This document shows, in pieces, positions 45,892 to 55,670 of a stretch of 64,000 bases of DNA. Origin of the DNA: a phage; sequence record PZ452610.1. One strand, 5' to 3'. Every line of letters begins with the position of its first letter. Within the stretch, counting starts at the first letter, position 1. The position numbers and the translations under genes are program-made. The notes under the pieces were generated by a model. That model was not told the DNA's origin, made no database searches, and saw nothing but the letters and a program-made list of their open reading frames with translations.

Positions 45892-46196
45892 TATAATGTT
45901 CTCTCAAATTTGTGGAAGCATTTACGGCATTTCAATTTCAAGTTATCACTGGTCCAGTTAACCAGTTGGACTTGGATAGTTCCACATTCCGGACATGGAT
46001 GTTTTGCTGCCGATTTGGCAGCATTTTCACGTCGTTCAACCATTTTCATGATTTCGTTCCATGCTGGAGGAACGAACTCTTCTTCACCGTGGATTTTATC
46101 TCGCTGAACAAATTCAATCTTTGAACTATCGTCAATAAACTTAACCAAGCGGTGATTAGTGTTCATATCAATATCCTCTAAAAGACGTAGTTTCAT
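45891..46196 (-). CDS. Zinc-ribbon protein, 101 aa
   Basis: C-terminal CPECG...CRKC. Confidence 0.5.
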   Translation of the reverse strand: MKLRLLEDIDMNTNHRLVKFIDDSSKIEFVQRDKIHGEEEFVPPAWNEIMKMVERRENAAKSAAKHPCPECGTIQVQLVNWTSDNLKLKCRKCFHKFERTL

Positions 46197-47140
46197 TATA
46201 ACACCTCAATGGCATTTCGTAAACCATCCGCTTTCGCATTCAGAGCTTTTAACGATTTAGTCTGTTCTTTAATCTGGGCTTCGACTTCTTTCAGACGAGA
46301 TTTGAGATATTCGCGTTCTTCGGCCATGATATCGACCTTTTCTGCTTTAGGTTCTTTAATAGGCTTAAACACATTAGGGTTCTTCAGTTTAATTTTAATT
46401 CGAGAACTGAATAACATTGAACCGTTATCTTCGGTTTCGTCGAACATTTCAACAACATCCATAGTCTGTAACATCATGCGAAGTTTATAAGACAGAGAAC
46501 GAATGGTTTTGTTGCGCTTATTAATTTCTTCGGCTTTCATGGTACCGAGATTACGTGAGTAATAATAAGGAACCTGGATATCAATTGATAACGATGCGTT
46601 ACCATTACCAGTTGGTTTGAATACTGCAGTAACCCAATCTTTAACATGAACTTTATTTGTACGACCATCGCCGCCTGTGAATAATTTACGTGAATGTTTA
46701 AAAAGCATATTCACTTGGTTATTGAATTCACAAGCAAATTTATCAGCAAATTTAGTTTCAGGAATGGTGGAGAACCAATCAGCTAAATGAGTCTTTTTAA
46801 CATCATTAACAATAGTGAATTCAACCAAATCGGTTTTAGATGTCACAGATTTAATAAAGCTCGGTTTCATAAAGTTTTTAATGTTATCACGAGCCACAGT
46901 AGAAGATAATAAACGAGAACGTTTGAACCATTGAAGCAACGTCCCTAATGAATGAGAATATGCATTTTGAGTATCTTTACAGATATGATTTTCTTGGCCT
47001 GTGTATGTACCAAAATCGCGAAGAATACCACTTACTACATCTCGGTGTGGAACATCAAATCCTAATGAACCAGAAGCACGTTGGGCATGAACGTTAGCGA
47101 TAAGACCTGCAAAGTATTCAATGTAATGTGAACGTGTCAT
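46196..47140 (-). CDS. Hypothetical protein, 314 aa, C-terminal coiled coil
   Basis: First of three consecutive 314-331 aa ORFs, each behind a near-identical early promoter. Confidence 0.6.
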   Translation of the reverse strand: MTRSHYIEYFAGLIANVHAQRASGSLGFDVPHRDVVSGILRDFGTYTGQENHICKDTQNAYSHSLGTLLQWFKRSRLLSSTVARDNIKNFMKPSFIKSVTSKTDLVEFTIVNDVKKTHLADWFSTIPETKFADKFACEFNNQVNMLFKHSRKLFTGGDGRTNKVHVKDWVTAVFKPTGNGNASLSIDIQVPYYYSRNLGTMKAEEINKRNKTIRSLSYKLRMMLQTMDVVEMFDETEDNGSMLFSSRIKIKLKNPNVFKPIKEPKAEKVDIMAEEREYLKSRLKEVEAQIKEQTKSLKALNAKADGLRNAIEVL

Positions 47141-47179
47141 AATATTTTCCTCTCGTTAAGATAGATTCATTATACTCCA

Positions 47180-47210
47180 ACCATCCTTGGTTGTAAACTA
47201 TTTTATGATT
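47180..47210 (-). promoter_or_regulatory. Early promoter (GTTTAC - CCAAGGATGG spacer - TATAAT)
   Basis: Plus strand attatactccaaccatccttggttgtaaac; same as the 5159 promoter. Confidence 0.55.
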
Positions 47211-48162
47211 TTAACGCATTCATTGCGTTAAAAAGTTTAGAATACTGCAACTGGAGATTCGTTACAACACTTTGAGCATCACGAAGCTTAGCTTGTGCTT
47301 TGTCAAGTTCAACAGACAGTTGGTCCATAGTGGCCTTGATTTGATTGTAATGGTAATCTTCGGCCGGAAGAAGGTCATTAGAAACATTTAGTTTTACTGC
47401 AGACAGTTTGCACACATTTGGCAAACCTTTAAACATTGATTTACCCGAAGTAGAATAAGCACTTAGGACTTCGGCCTGTTCAATTGGGGTCCCAGTAAGC
47501 GATGCTTCAAACAATGCATTTTCCTTTTTAAGATTTTGATAATATTCGGAGTCTTTGTGCCACCATGGCGCAGGAACCTTTTTACCAATAGATACACGAG
47601 CCTGGATAGCGATATGGCCCTTATTCTTGATAAGGTCGATAATATTAAGCTCACGAGAATAAATCGCTTTAATCTGGTGGATATTATCACCTAAAACTTC
47701 CAACGCTTGGTGGAATACACGAGCGACATTATCATTCTTAGGTTTATACGTAAGAGTGAACTCATTCTCACTGATAACCATGATTTCCAACTTATCGTAA
47801 GTATATTTCAAATGTTTCATGTTAATTGCTTGAGGACGAATACGAGAAGCAATGGCCATCAGATTGTTAAGGTTATTCCGGAACTGCTTAGCGAAATATT
47901 GTCCTTCACCGCCAATACAAAAATTACGAAGTTTCTGTTTGGCCAATAAACGGCTGAACTCACCATTTTTAATGAACTCTTTAACGGGTGTGTTAGTAAC
48001 GCATTCAAATTGAGTAAACTTACGAGAAGTAATCCCATAATATGAACAGATTTCCTCAATCTCTTCAGGAGTCTTTACAGGCATACGGATAGGATTAGGT
48101 CCTGGAGTATATGCGTTCGAGGTAAATTCTTTGATAAGTTCTCTACGTGTAATAAAAGCCAT
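47203..48162 (-). CDS. Hypothetical protein, 319 aa, C-terminal coiled coil
   Basis: ORF with own promoter. Confidence 0.6.
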   Translation of the reverse strand: MAFITRRELIKEFTSNAYTPGPNPIRMPVKTPEEIEEICSYYGITSRKFTQFECVTNTPVKEFIKNGEFSRLLAKQKLRNFCIGGEGQYFAKQFRNNLNNLMAIASRIRPQAINMKHLKYTYDKLEIMVISENEFTLTYKPKNDNVARVFHQALEVLGDNIHQIKAIYSRELNIIDLIKNKGHIAIQARVSIGKKVPAPWWHKDSEYYQNLKKENALFEASLTGTPIEQAEVLSAYSTSGKSMFKGLPNVCKLSAVKLNVSNDLLPAEDYHYNQIKATMDQLSVELDKAQAKLRDAQSVVTNLQLQYSKLFNAMNALKS

Positions 48163-48199
48163 TTTATATTCCTCATGTTGAAAAATTTATTATACTCCA

Positions 48200-48230
48200 A
48201 CCATCCTTGGTTGTACATCATTCCTTAAGA
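48200..48230 (-). promoter_or_regulatory. Early promoter of the same family (TGTACA variant)
   Basis: Plus strand ttatactccaaccatccttggttgtacat. Confidence 0.5.
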
Positions 48231-49213
48231 AGTTTTACTACCTGAATAAGATTAGCTCGTTCTGTTTTATTTTTACCGTTTAAGCCTGCTAATCGTGAGA
48301 TTTCATCGTCAGTCTGTTGAATAGTTACATTAAGTTCGTTAATCAAAGCTTCAAAGTATTTGATTTGCTCAGCATGTTTTGATTCAAATTTCTGAACCGG
48401 AATAACGTCTTGGTTCAGTTCATCAATAAGGTCTTTAAGAGCATCTTCTTGGTTGATATCATATTCAACTTCTTTTATTTCTTCAACGAGCTCGTCTTTA
48501 TATCTAACGTCTTTTAGTCCTGGAGCTGGTCCTGAAATCTCTTCTTTAAGAGTACAAACATACCCAATACGGTATCCAACGCCGTCTCGCTTGATATCAA
48601 CTTCGTCGATAAATCCACAATGTTTAAGTCCAGAGCCGATTATGTCAAAATATCCTTGACGTCGTCCTTCAAACGTTACACGAACTACTAAGACGGTTTT
48701 GCCACCGACCTTTTGAAGCTCACATTTATAAAAGTTTGTTGAACCTGAATAACATGGATGAGTTTTAAAGTTCATCTGACGATCTAGGCCCATTTGTAAA
48801 CGTGCTGTTACGGCCATAAAACGTGTTTGGTTCTCGTTAAGATGAGCAACAATCCATTTCAAAGGCATTTTACCCTGTTCACGGCCGAACAAATCAGTAC
48901 GTCCTAGATTACGCAGGATGTTGTTAGAGTTAATCATCGACAGAACGTTAAGTTTATTCAGCGCGCTGAAGATTCCATCAGCCATTGATTTTCCATAACC
49001 TTTACACGCTTTAATAAGTGCTCGCGGCAGATTAGTATAGATTTCAGACGGCATATGAAAATCAAATTTACTAGTCAGTAATTGATGAACTTGGATAGCA
49101 ATTTGCTCATAATTAAGTGCTCTGCGATCGTTATGGTCTTTAAACCATACTTTAATCTGTGAAGCACATAAACCGTTAATTTCATGTTTTACCGCATCAG
49201 ATGTAATGCTCAT
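48218..49213 (-). CDS. Hypothetical protein, 331 aa, C-terminal coiled coil
   Basis: ORF with own promoter. Confidence 0.6.
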   Translation of the reverse strand: MSITSDAVKHEINGLCASQIKVWFKDHNDRRALNYEQIAIQVHQLLTSKFDFHMPSEIYTNLPRALIKACKGYGKSMADGIFSALNKLNVLSMINSNNILRNLGRTDLFGREQGKMPLKWIVAHLNENQTRFMAVTARLQMGLDRQMNFKTHPCYSGSTNFYKCELQKVGGKTVLVVRVTFEGRRQGYFDIIGSGLKHCGFIDEVDIKRDGVGYRIGYVCTLKEEISGPAPGLKDVRYKDELVEEIKEVEYDINQEDALKDLIDELNQDVIPVQKFESKHAEQIKYFEALINELNVTIQQTDDEISRLAGLNGKNKTERANLIQVVKLLKE

Positions 49214-49275
49214 AACTATTTCCTCGGATTGAATTGGAACTCAAAACCATTATAACCCGTCCTTGGGTAAAGCGT

Positions 49276-49803
49276 TTATGCGTGAACCGACTTTAAACGT
49301 TCTTCAAATTTCCGAAGAGTACTAATACGTTCTGCTTTCTGTTTTGTATAGTTTGCAATACGTTCTGAAGTGAGAGCGTATCGTTCGTTTACTGTTTCTT
49401 TCATGAAGTCAGGGATTTCACGAGAAGCTTTAATTTCATCAAACTTATCGAGTACTGCCTGGTCTTCAGCAATTAAATTTTCGTACATCTCGATATCTTT
49501 CTTGATGAAGTCGATATCTTCCTGGGTTACTTTGGATAAACGAGATGCTTTATCCTTTTTGTACTGCTCGTTAGTTTCACGAGACCAGAATAATGTACGT
49601 TTTTTGTTAGTGTTTTTGTAGACTTCCACAATTCCAACTGAATCGATGATAACAATCCAATTCCAGCGAGATTTGAAAATCTGACCTCCGTCCACGGTAA
49701 TCTCGTTACCATAAGCAATGTCATTAAAGAACTTACTTTGTGCTTCGGATTTAAATTTACCGTCGTTATAATTTACCAGGTTGAAAATATCTTTAGCGTT
49801 CAT
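49276..49803 (-). CDS. Hypothetical protein, 175 aa
   Basis: ORF; promoter GTTTAC - 17 nt - TATTAT at 49824-49858 upstream. Confidence 0.55.
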   Translation of the reverse strand: MNAKDIFNLVNYNDGKFKSEAQSKFFNDIAYGNEITVDGGQIFKSRWNWIVIIDSVGIVEVYKNTNKKRTLFWSRETNEQYKKDKASRLSKVTQEDIDFIKKDIEMYENLIAEDQAVLDKFDEIKASREIPDFMKETVNERYALTSERIANYTKQKAERISTLRKFEERLKSVHA

Positions 49804-49823
49804 GTTTTACCTCCAGTAGTTGA

Positions 49824-49858
49824 TAGGTCTATAATAACATAACCATAGACCTTGTAAA
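49824..49858 (-). promoter_or_regulatory. Early promoter (GTTTAC - 17 nt - TATTAT) with inverted repeat AGGTCTAT/ATAGACCT
   Basis: Minus strand GTTTACAAGGTCTATGGTTATGTTATTATAGACCTATC. Confidence 0.55.
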
Positions 49859-49861
49859 CAA

Positions 49862-50149
49862 CTAAAAGAAACTTTTTTCGGTATTTTTTCCACTGAACCA
49901 AACAGACTTCGGGATTTTTTGTAATTTTTCAGATTTAAGTTTCTCTTCCTGTTCTTTCTTATATACACCCTTGTCGTACTGGAGCATCTCTATGACATTC
50001 TTTTGCAAACGATCTAAGGTAATTAAGGCTTTAGTTTTTCCTTTCAAGGAAGAGTCCTGGCGAACCTCCTCGCTATATTGCATTGTAGAACTAACCATAC
50101 GATGAGCATAGAGTTCGACTGCGGCTTTAATTTTTTGCATAAAATCCAT
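49862..50149 (-). CDS. Hypothetical protein, 95 aa
   Basis: ATG 50149 with SD AGAGGA. Confidence 0.5.
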   Translation of the reverse strand: MDFMQKIKAAVELYAHRMVSSTMQYSEEVRQDSSLKGKTKALITLDRLQKNVIEMLQYDKGVYKKEQEEKLKSEKLQKIPKSVWFSGKNTEKSFF

Positions 50150-50287
50150 AACATATCCTCTTTGATTTGTACATCATTATTTTTAAATATTTCTATGCCC
50201 TCAGTAGGTTCCTGGTGTCCTTCTTTGAGGTAAGCCATATGATTATTCATCTTTATGGCTTTTGTTACCTCAGAACTTCCTATAAGC

Positions 50288-51289
50288 TTATTTCAGTAAA
50301 GTAACTTCCGAGATTTCTTCCCAACCATCTTTATCAGTTGAAATAAAATCTGCTACATAAAGAGCCGTACGTAATGATACATTGCGAAGACGAGATACGT
50401 TAGCCTTCATCCAGGACAATGCTTTATACGTTTCTGCATCCGTCAGACCACGTTTCTGCATCATGTCAGTAGATAATATTACATCTTCAACTCGAACCAT
50501 AATCTCTTCATTAGAGTGTACTCCAAGGTCGAGATACACTGAACGAGATACTAAAGCTTGAAGGTGTGGAGCAAGTTTCGAACCCCGTTCTAACTCTTTA
50601 TCGATATCAACGTTTGTAATGAAAACGATAGTACCTTCAAACTCAAATTCTTTATCAATACCCTTATCCTCGAGATAAGATGACGCAGTGCTCCAACAAA
50701 CTTTGCGTTTATCTCCGGTATCTAATGCTGCTTTAAGAAGGTTCAGGATGTCCATATCTGAGAATACGTCAACGTCATCGATTAAGAGAACGCTGTCTTC
50801 ATCACGGTTGAGCCAAAGTTGTTCGTAAAGGCCAATACCAGAGATTTTACCATTAATGCTTTTGTATTTGATGAAACCATTATCATTAGCATTATTAAGT
50901 GCTTTATCCAGAGAATACGTCTTACCAATACCAGCTGCACCTGAAATAATGAGTGAACGAATTTTGCCATCGATAATGCCATTCGTCATCATGTTCATTA
51001 CTTTAAAGCGTTTGTTGATACGGGTTTTCATATCTTCAGTGCTTTCAACAACTGCAACTGGTGATGTCTCAACTCCTTCCATTACGATGTCTGATTTGAA
51101 GACCCATACTCCACGTTCAGAACCATCAATCATAACGAAAATTTTACCATCACCTAAGTGGGAACATTCAGGATTAAGCTTTGCCGGGAACCAGGTCTTT
51201 GTGGCAACATAAGAACCAGAGATTTCGTTATTACGATAGATACCTTTTTTGATTTGAACGTTGAACATTTTATTCTCCAATTTACTCAT
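50288..51289 (-). CDS. P-loop ATPase, 333 aa
   Basis: Walker A GAAGIGKT, Walker B VLLIDDVD. Confidence 0.65.
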   Translation of the reverse strand: MSKLENKMFNVQIKKGIYRNNEISGSYVATKTWFPAKLNPECSHLGDGKIFVMIDGSERGVWVFKSDIVMEGVETSPVAVVESTEDMKTRINKRFKVMNMMTNGIIDGKIRSLIISGAAGIGKTYSLDKALNNANDNGFIKYKSINGKISGIGLYEQLWLNRDEDSVLLIDDVDVFSDMDILNLLKAALDTGDKRKVCWSTASSYLEDKGIDKEFEFEGTIVFITNVDIDKELERGSKLAPHLQALVSRSVYLDLGVHSNEEIMVRVEDVILSTDMMQKRGLTDAETYKALSWMKANVSRLRNVSLRTALYVADFISTDKDGWEEISEVTLLK

Positions 51290-51357
51290 TTCGTTTCGAT
51301 AGGTCTATAGTATCATATCCTAAAAGCATGTACACTACTTTTTAAAAATATTTTAAC

Positions 51358-51385
51358 CCCCTAAAGGGACCCGAAGGTCCCCACA
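51358..51385 (-). terminator. Hairpin GGGACC-TTCG-GGTCCC
   Basis: Perfect 6-bp GC stem with UUCG loop after the 51387..51653 gene. Confidence 0.55.
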
Positions 51386-51386
51386 T

Positions 51387-51653
51387 TTACTTATCACACT
51401 TAGCAACATAATTAGGCATATCACAGAATACAGAGCGAGTAACTACTCGACCCTTTGACCATGCTTCAGTTGCTTGTCCGGCCGTGCTATTAATATAGCT
51501 TGATTTAATGTTCTCAATACCCTGAGAATGTGATGCATTTACCGAACCGTTAGAAGGCCCAGAAGACTGGTTACCACCAGCTCCTGCGCCCGTGGTAGCA
51601 CCAACAGAGAATGCCATCATTACTGCGAATAAACCAATTACTAATTTTTTCAT
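51387..51653 (-). CDS. Secreted small protein, 88 aa
   Basis: Signal peptide MKKLVIGLFAVMMAFSVGA; Gly/Ser/Asn-rich mature region. Confidence 0.5.
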   Translation of the reverse strand: MKKLVIGLFAVMMAFSVGATTGAGAGGNQSSGPSNGSVNASHSQGIENIKSSYINSTAGQATEAWSKGRVVTRSVFCDMPNYVAKCDK

Positions 51654-51684
51654 ATTTACCTCAAGTTAATGGTTATTTATCTAT

Positions 51685-52674
51685 TTATTTATAGTAAGAA
51701 TTATGATTTTCGAGATAGACTTGCTCAAGGAAGTCATCCCAGAAACTCATATCTACTTTTTGTTGCATACCGTTCTTAGCGGCTTGTTCTGACGCATGTT
51801 CAACTTGGTCAACGATATCTTCTAGGAATTCTTGCACAGTTTTAAACGTATGTTTACCAAGCTTAACATCGAGAATAAATGGAGCATCCTGAAGTGGGTA
51901 AACCAGGTCGCCGGTTTTGTAAATTTCCAATAATTGAAGTCCACCACGACATGCATGACTCAATGCTTTCCAGTCAATACCTTCGTTAGCTTCTGCCTTA
52001 CGAGCACGTTCGCCATAGTTCTCTTCCAGTTTAACCAGGATGGCATTGAACTCTTTATTGGTTAACGTATCTTGGAATTTACGGTCTAACAGATTATAGA
52101 ATGTTTGCTTACCTGTTTTCTCGTTTTCGGTTTCAACCCATGAAGCAAATTCACCTACAGGCAGAACATTCTTCATATGTGATAAACGAATTACTGCACC
52201 ATTATCAAAGTATTGTCCCCATTCATTAGAACGTTTAAGGGCTTGACGAAGAACAGCCAGTCGAGAACCCTTGACACCGTATTTAGAAGCTTGCTTACGG
52301 ACATACCCTAAATAAGATTTCATGTTAGTGGTATAGAAACGAGACCTGTTATCTTGAATATACTTCCATACATCAGGCAAATCAGATTTAACTACTAGAC
52401 TTTGTGGAGTGTGAAGCATATCTAATGCGACGGTTTCACCATCTGCAGCTAGTTTAAAGAAATATTTGAGACTATATAACTCATGGTCCACGTCGTCTTT
52501 TGTGTTCTTAGAAGATGTGTTATTCGTGTTCTTGCTCATGTGTTCTTTAACGTTACCGGTCAAGATATCACGAGCATGAGGGACATAAATTTCTTTAAAA
52601 TCGACGTCAGATTCAGGAGTAGACGTTCCATAAAGGTGGCTACCAAAGTAGCCTTTCATAATTGTTTTCATCAT
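51685..52674 (-). CDS. Pol-beta-superfamily nucleotidyltransferase-like protein, 329 aa
   Basis: N-terminal GSHLYGTSTPESDVDF fits the G-S-x9-13-D-x-D nucleotidyltransferase signature. Confidence 0.6.
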   Translation of the reverse strand: MMKTIMKGYFGSHLYGTSTPESDVDFKEIYVPHARDILTGNVKEHMSKNTNNTSSKNTKDDVDHELYSLKYFFKLAADGETVALDMLHTPQSLVVKSDLPDVWKYIQDNRSRFYTTNMKSYLGYVRKQASKYGVKGSRLAVLRQALKRSNEWGQYFDNGAVIRLSHMKNVLPVGEFASWVETENEKTGKQTFYNLLDRKFQDTLTNKEFNAILVKLEENYGERARKAEANEGIDWKALSHACRGGLQLLEIYKTGDLVYPLQDAPFILDVKLGKHTFKTVQEFLEDIVDQVEHASEQAAKNGMQQKVDMSFWDDFLEQVYLENHNSYYK

Positions 52675-53144
52675 TTAGCCTTATATTCAAGAGTAGGACA
52701 GACTTTTTCTTTACGAGCTTTAAGGTATTCGCCTATTAATGATTTCTTACGTTCAATAGGCTCAAGTCCATTTTTAATTCGTTCTTGGTTTTGCGCAATG
52801 AGCTCAATTTCTTTATAATATTTTCTGTCGTTATATTTGTCTAACAACCAAGACGGACCAATTACCAACCCGGTAGCAATAAAAGCCATGACTGCTACAA
52901 TTAAAATGCCTACACCAATTGAGGCTGGAACTAATGTCCATAGACTGCTAAAAACAAAGAATTTAGTTAAAATTTCCTGGCCAATGATTGTGACTGCTGC
53001 TAAAATCGCAAATCCAATAATTGAAACAGCCAATACCGGGATTAACGTTTTCCAAAAATAAGCACACAACGTTTTCGGACGATTCCATGTACTATTGAAC
53101 GCGGCATAAATTTTAAAGTGCCAAGAGTTTTCATTGATAATCAT
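52671..53144 (-). CDS. Membrane protein, 157 aa
   Basis: Two or more TM segments. Confidence 0.5.
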   Translation of the reverse strand: MIINENSWHFKIYAAFNSTWNRPKTLCAYFWKTLIPVLAVSIIGFAILAAVTIIGQEILTKFFVFSSLWTLVPASIGVGILIVAVMAFIATGLVIGPSWLLDKYNDRKYYKEIELIAQNQERIKNGLEPIERKKSLIGEYLKARKEKVCPTLEYKAK

Positions 53145-53153
53145 AATAATTCC

Positions 53154-53696
53154 TTATTTCAAAGTTGGGATAATAGAATCGAGATAAGCTTTAAGAGCAA
53201 CTGCTTCATCTTTGTCTAATGTAACGATATGTTGACGAAGGTCATCAATTTGACGAATAACTACAACATCGCCATCTTCATAAGAAGGATTAACGCCTAG
53301 GACCGTTGTATAGTCAGGGCGGTCCTGATTTGTAATAAAAGCATTACGGCATTTAGCCCATTGAAGTTTGGCCTTTTTGGCTATTTCAGATTCCATTAAT
53401 TCTTTCACCTTAGTGACGAATGTTTTCCAATTATTGATAGAAAGGCATTCATCTTCTGTTTCGATATTAACCCCACTATAAAGACCGTGATAAAAACGAA
53501 CTTGAAGGTCTTCATCGATGTTAATTACAGATGCATGGCCTGGCGGATTGAGTTTCAAAATCTTGTCCAGTTCCATAGGAAGAATAGTAACAGAATCATC
53601 TTCTTGTGTCAGAACGTAAGCATAACCACGTTTTTCGATACATAAATCACCAAACAACTCGGTTGTTTCAATTACAATTTTCATATTATTCACCAA
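53154..53696 (-). CDS. Hypothetical protein, 180 aa
   Basis: ORF. Confidence 0.5.
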   Translation of the reverse strand: MVNNMKIVIETTELFGDLCIEKRGYAYVLTQEDDSVTILPMELDKILKLNPPGHASVINIDEDLQVRFYHGLYSGVNIETEDECLSINNWKTFVTKVKELMESEIAKKAKLQWAKCRNAFITNQDRPDYTTVLGVNPSYEDGDVVVIRQIDDLRQHIVTLDKDEAVALKAYLDSIIPTLK

Positions 53697-53869
53697 TTAA
53701 AGTTTCAACAAAATTCACCAAAGCATTCTGGCACGCATCAACCTGATTTTCATAAAAGTCTCCGTTATCATTTACCGCGTGATAAGCTACATCATTCAAA
53801 TCTGAATCGGCTTCACGTAGGTCACGGATAAGGTCCATCAATTTATTAGCTTGTTCACGGGTCATTTTA
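53690..53869 (-). CDS. Small acidic protein, 59 aa (below ORF-track cutoff)
   Basis: Hand translation MTREQANKLMDLIRDLREADSDL...; ATG overlaps stop of an upstream 36-aa ORF. Confidence 0.35.
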
Positions 53870-53980
53870 CCATACTCGTTTCAATAAGATTCACTATGCC
53901 GTTTACCATGTTATAAGTAAACATCGGATAATTGTATTGTACTACAACATAAGCGATAAGCAAAAGTTTCATTTTGTTCT
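53870..53980 (-). CDS. Possible 36-aa hydrophobic peptide with own early promoter
   Basis: Promoter GTTTAC - 18 nt - TATAGT at about 53985-54015, SD ACGGAGAA, MKLLLIAYVVVQYNYPMF... Confidence 0.3.
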
Positions 53981-54029
53981 CCGTTTGTTTTGGTAGGACT
54001 ACTATAACATAGTCCTACCAAGATGTAAA

Positions 54030-54236
54030 CTACCGATTGTGTTTTAAATGTTGATAAAGTTCTTCAACTTGTTTTGGGTCTAAAACAATTAGGTCATTTT
54101 CTTGGCGAAGATAAATCCATCCCTTATCCCCAGGACCATTTTTACAAAACATTGCCACCATATCATCATCTTCAGCGCTTTCAGGTAAAAGTTCAAGCAC
54201 ACCGTCTTCAGATTTTCTAGTATAATCGTAAAGCAT
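54030..54236 (-). CDS. Hypothetical acidic protein, about 68 aa
   Basis: ATG 54236 (MLYDYTRK...); track ORF starts at non-ATG upstream. Confidence 0.45.
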   Translation of the reverse strand: MLYDYTRKSEDGVLELLPESAEDDDMVAMFCKNGPGDKGWIYLRQENDLIVLDPKQVEELYQHLKHNR

Positions 54237-54246
54237 AATATCCTCA

Positions 54247-54423
54247 CATAATCTCGTTAACATACATTTGCAATTCAGTGTGGGCGTCGGCCATCTTTTT
54301 CATAGCTCTGTTAATGTCGATGTCTCCATCTTCGCACCCATGAGCATTTTCCCAATCAGATACCGCATTAGCATACTCTTCAATCAAAAACATCAACTTA
54401 GAAATCTTTTCTTTACGTGTCAT
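54247..54423 (-). CDS. Small protein, 58 aa (below ORF-track cutoff)
   Basis: SD AGGAGA before ATG 54423; MTRKEKISKLMFLIEEYANAVSDWENAHG...; own promoter and upstream terminator. Confidence 0.45.
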
Positions 54424-54489
54424 AGCGTTCTCCTATAGTAAGTAAGGACTACTATAACACAACCTGAGGAGAAGTAAACTGATAGATGC

Positions 54490-54520
54490 CAAAAAGCCCC
54501 AACCATAAGGAAGGGGCTAG
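54490..54520 (-). terminator. Terminator after rI
   Basis: Minus strand AGCCCC-loop-GGGGCT followed by TTTTTGG; early promoter GTTTAC - TATAGT just downstream. Confidence 0.55.
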
Positions 54521-54524
54521 TAAA

Positions 54525-54827
54525 TTAGATAGATGTAGGCTCTAATTTTATTTTCATGAACTCGGCAAATTGTCTGGCAGTTTTTATGCCTTGTTCATGA
54601 CATTCAAATGCATCATCACAGGGACTATTTTTGTAATGCTTTGCCATATACTTATAGAATTTTTCAGAATTCTCGACATTTTGAATTTCAAACAAAGTAT
54701 ATACGTTTTTAATCCCTGATTCCATAAAGTTATCAAAATATGGGTCGATATATGCAGTACCAACGATAGGAGTTGTTGCTGCAAAAAACCCCAGCATCGC
54801 CATGACAGCTATCGCTCTTAAGGCCAT
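54525..54827 (-). CDS. rI: Antiholin RI (lysis inhibition)
   Basis: 100 aa; MALRAIAVMAMLGFF... signal-anchor and DPYFDNFMESGI closely match T4 RI. Confidence 0.85.
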   Translation of the reverse strand: MALRAIAVMAMLGFFAATTPIVGTAYIDPYFDNFMESGIKNVYTLFEIQNVENSEKFYKYMAKHYKNSPCDDAFECHEQGIKTARQFAEFMKIKLEPTSI

Positions 54828-54839
54828 ATAGGCCTCCTG

Positions 54840-55052
54840 TTAATTTTGGCCAGTATTTATTTTTCGCCTTTGGACGGCCTTAACATCTGTGAGGTATTTT
54901 TCCAGCTTGCGCTTGCGTGTATAATCAGCTTTAGAACCAGTTTGACGGATATCCTCGTTTAAATGAGAAATAGAATGTCCTAATTCTCTTCGGATTTCAT
55001 CCAATTGGGTTACAGTAAGATTACGAAGTTGTCTTTCGTTTAATTGCTGCAT
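54840..55052 (-). CDS. Hypothetical protein, 70 aa
   Basis: ORF between rI and tk. Confidence 0.45.
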   Translation of the reverse strand: MQQLNERQLRNLTVTQLDEIRRELGHSISHLNEDIRQTGSKADYTRKRKLEKYLTDVKAVQRRKINTGQN

Positions 55053-55079
55053 ATATACCTCTTGGTTAGATATTAGTAT

Positions 55080-55661
55080 TTATAACAACCCTGTCAAATC
55101 ATTCCAATGCTTCCGGCATAATGACACGTATCTATCGGTATCACCAATTTCAATTTGACTGCCATCTGTAATTGGAAGTCCGTCTTCCGTGACTCTAGCT
55201 ACCATTGTGGCCTTTTTACCGCAATGACAGACACCTTTAAGTTCAACAAGCTTATCGGCAATAGCCATTAATGCTTGAGAACCTTCAAATAGATTACCTT
55301 TAAAATCTGTTCGTAGTCCATATGCCATTACTGGCACATTGTATACGTCAACAATACGACTAAGTTGATACACCTTTTCAGTAGTTAAGAACTGAGCTTC
55401 GTCAACAAATACACAGTGAATATCCTTTTGTGCTGCAGCCCATTTATAGAATTCAAAGATATCCATGTCTTTTGTAATTATATTGGCATCCTGACGAATA
55501 CCAATACGAGAGACTATTTCACCTTTTGAATCACGAGTATCAATAGCCGGTTTAAGAACTAATACACCCATGCCACGTTCTTTATAGTTATGTGCGGCAG
55601 TAAGTAATGAAGAAGACTTACCAGCGTTCATAGCGGCATATGTAAAAATTAAACTAGCCAT
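55080..55661 (-). CDS. tk: Thymidine kinase
   Basis: 193 aa; Walker A AAMNAGKSS, zinc ribbon CHCGKK...CRKHW. Confidence 0.95.
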   Translation of the reverse strand: MASLIFTYAAMNAGKSSSLLTAAHNYKERGMGVLVLKPAIDTRDSKGEIVSRIGIRQDANIITKDMDIFEFYKWAAAQKDIHCVFVDEAQFLTTEKVYQLSRIVDVYNVPVMAYGLRTDFKGNLFEGSQALMAIADKLVELKGVCHCGKKATMVARVTEDGLPITDGSQIEIGDTDRYVSLCRKHWNDLTGLL

Positions 55662-55670
55662 AAGAGTCCC

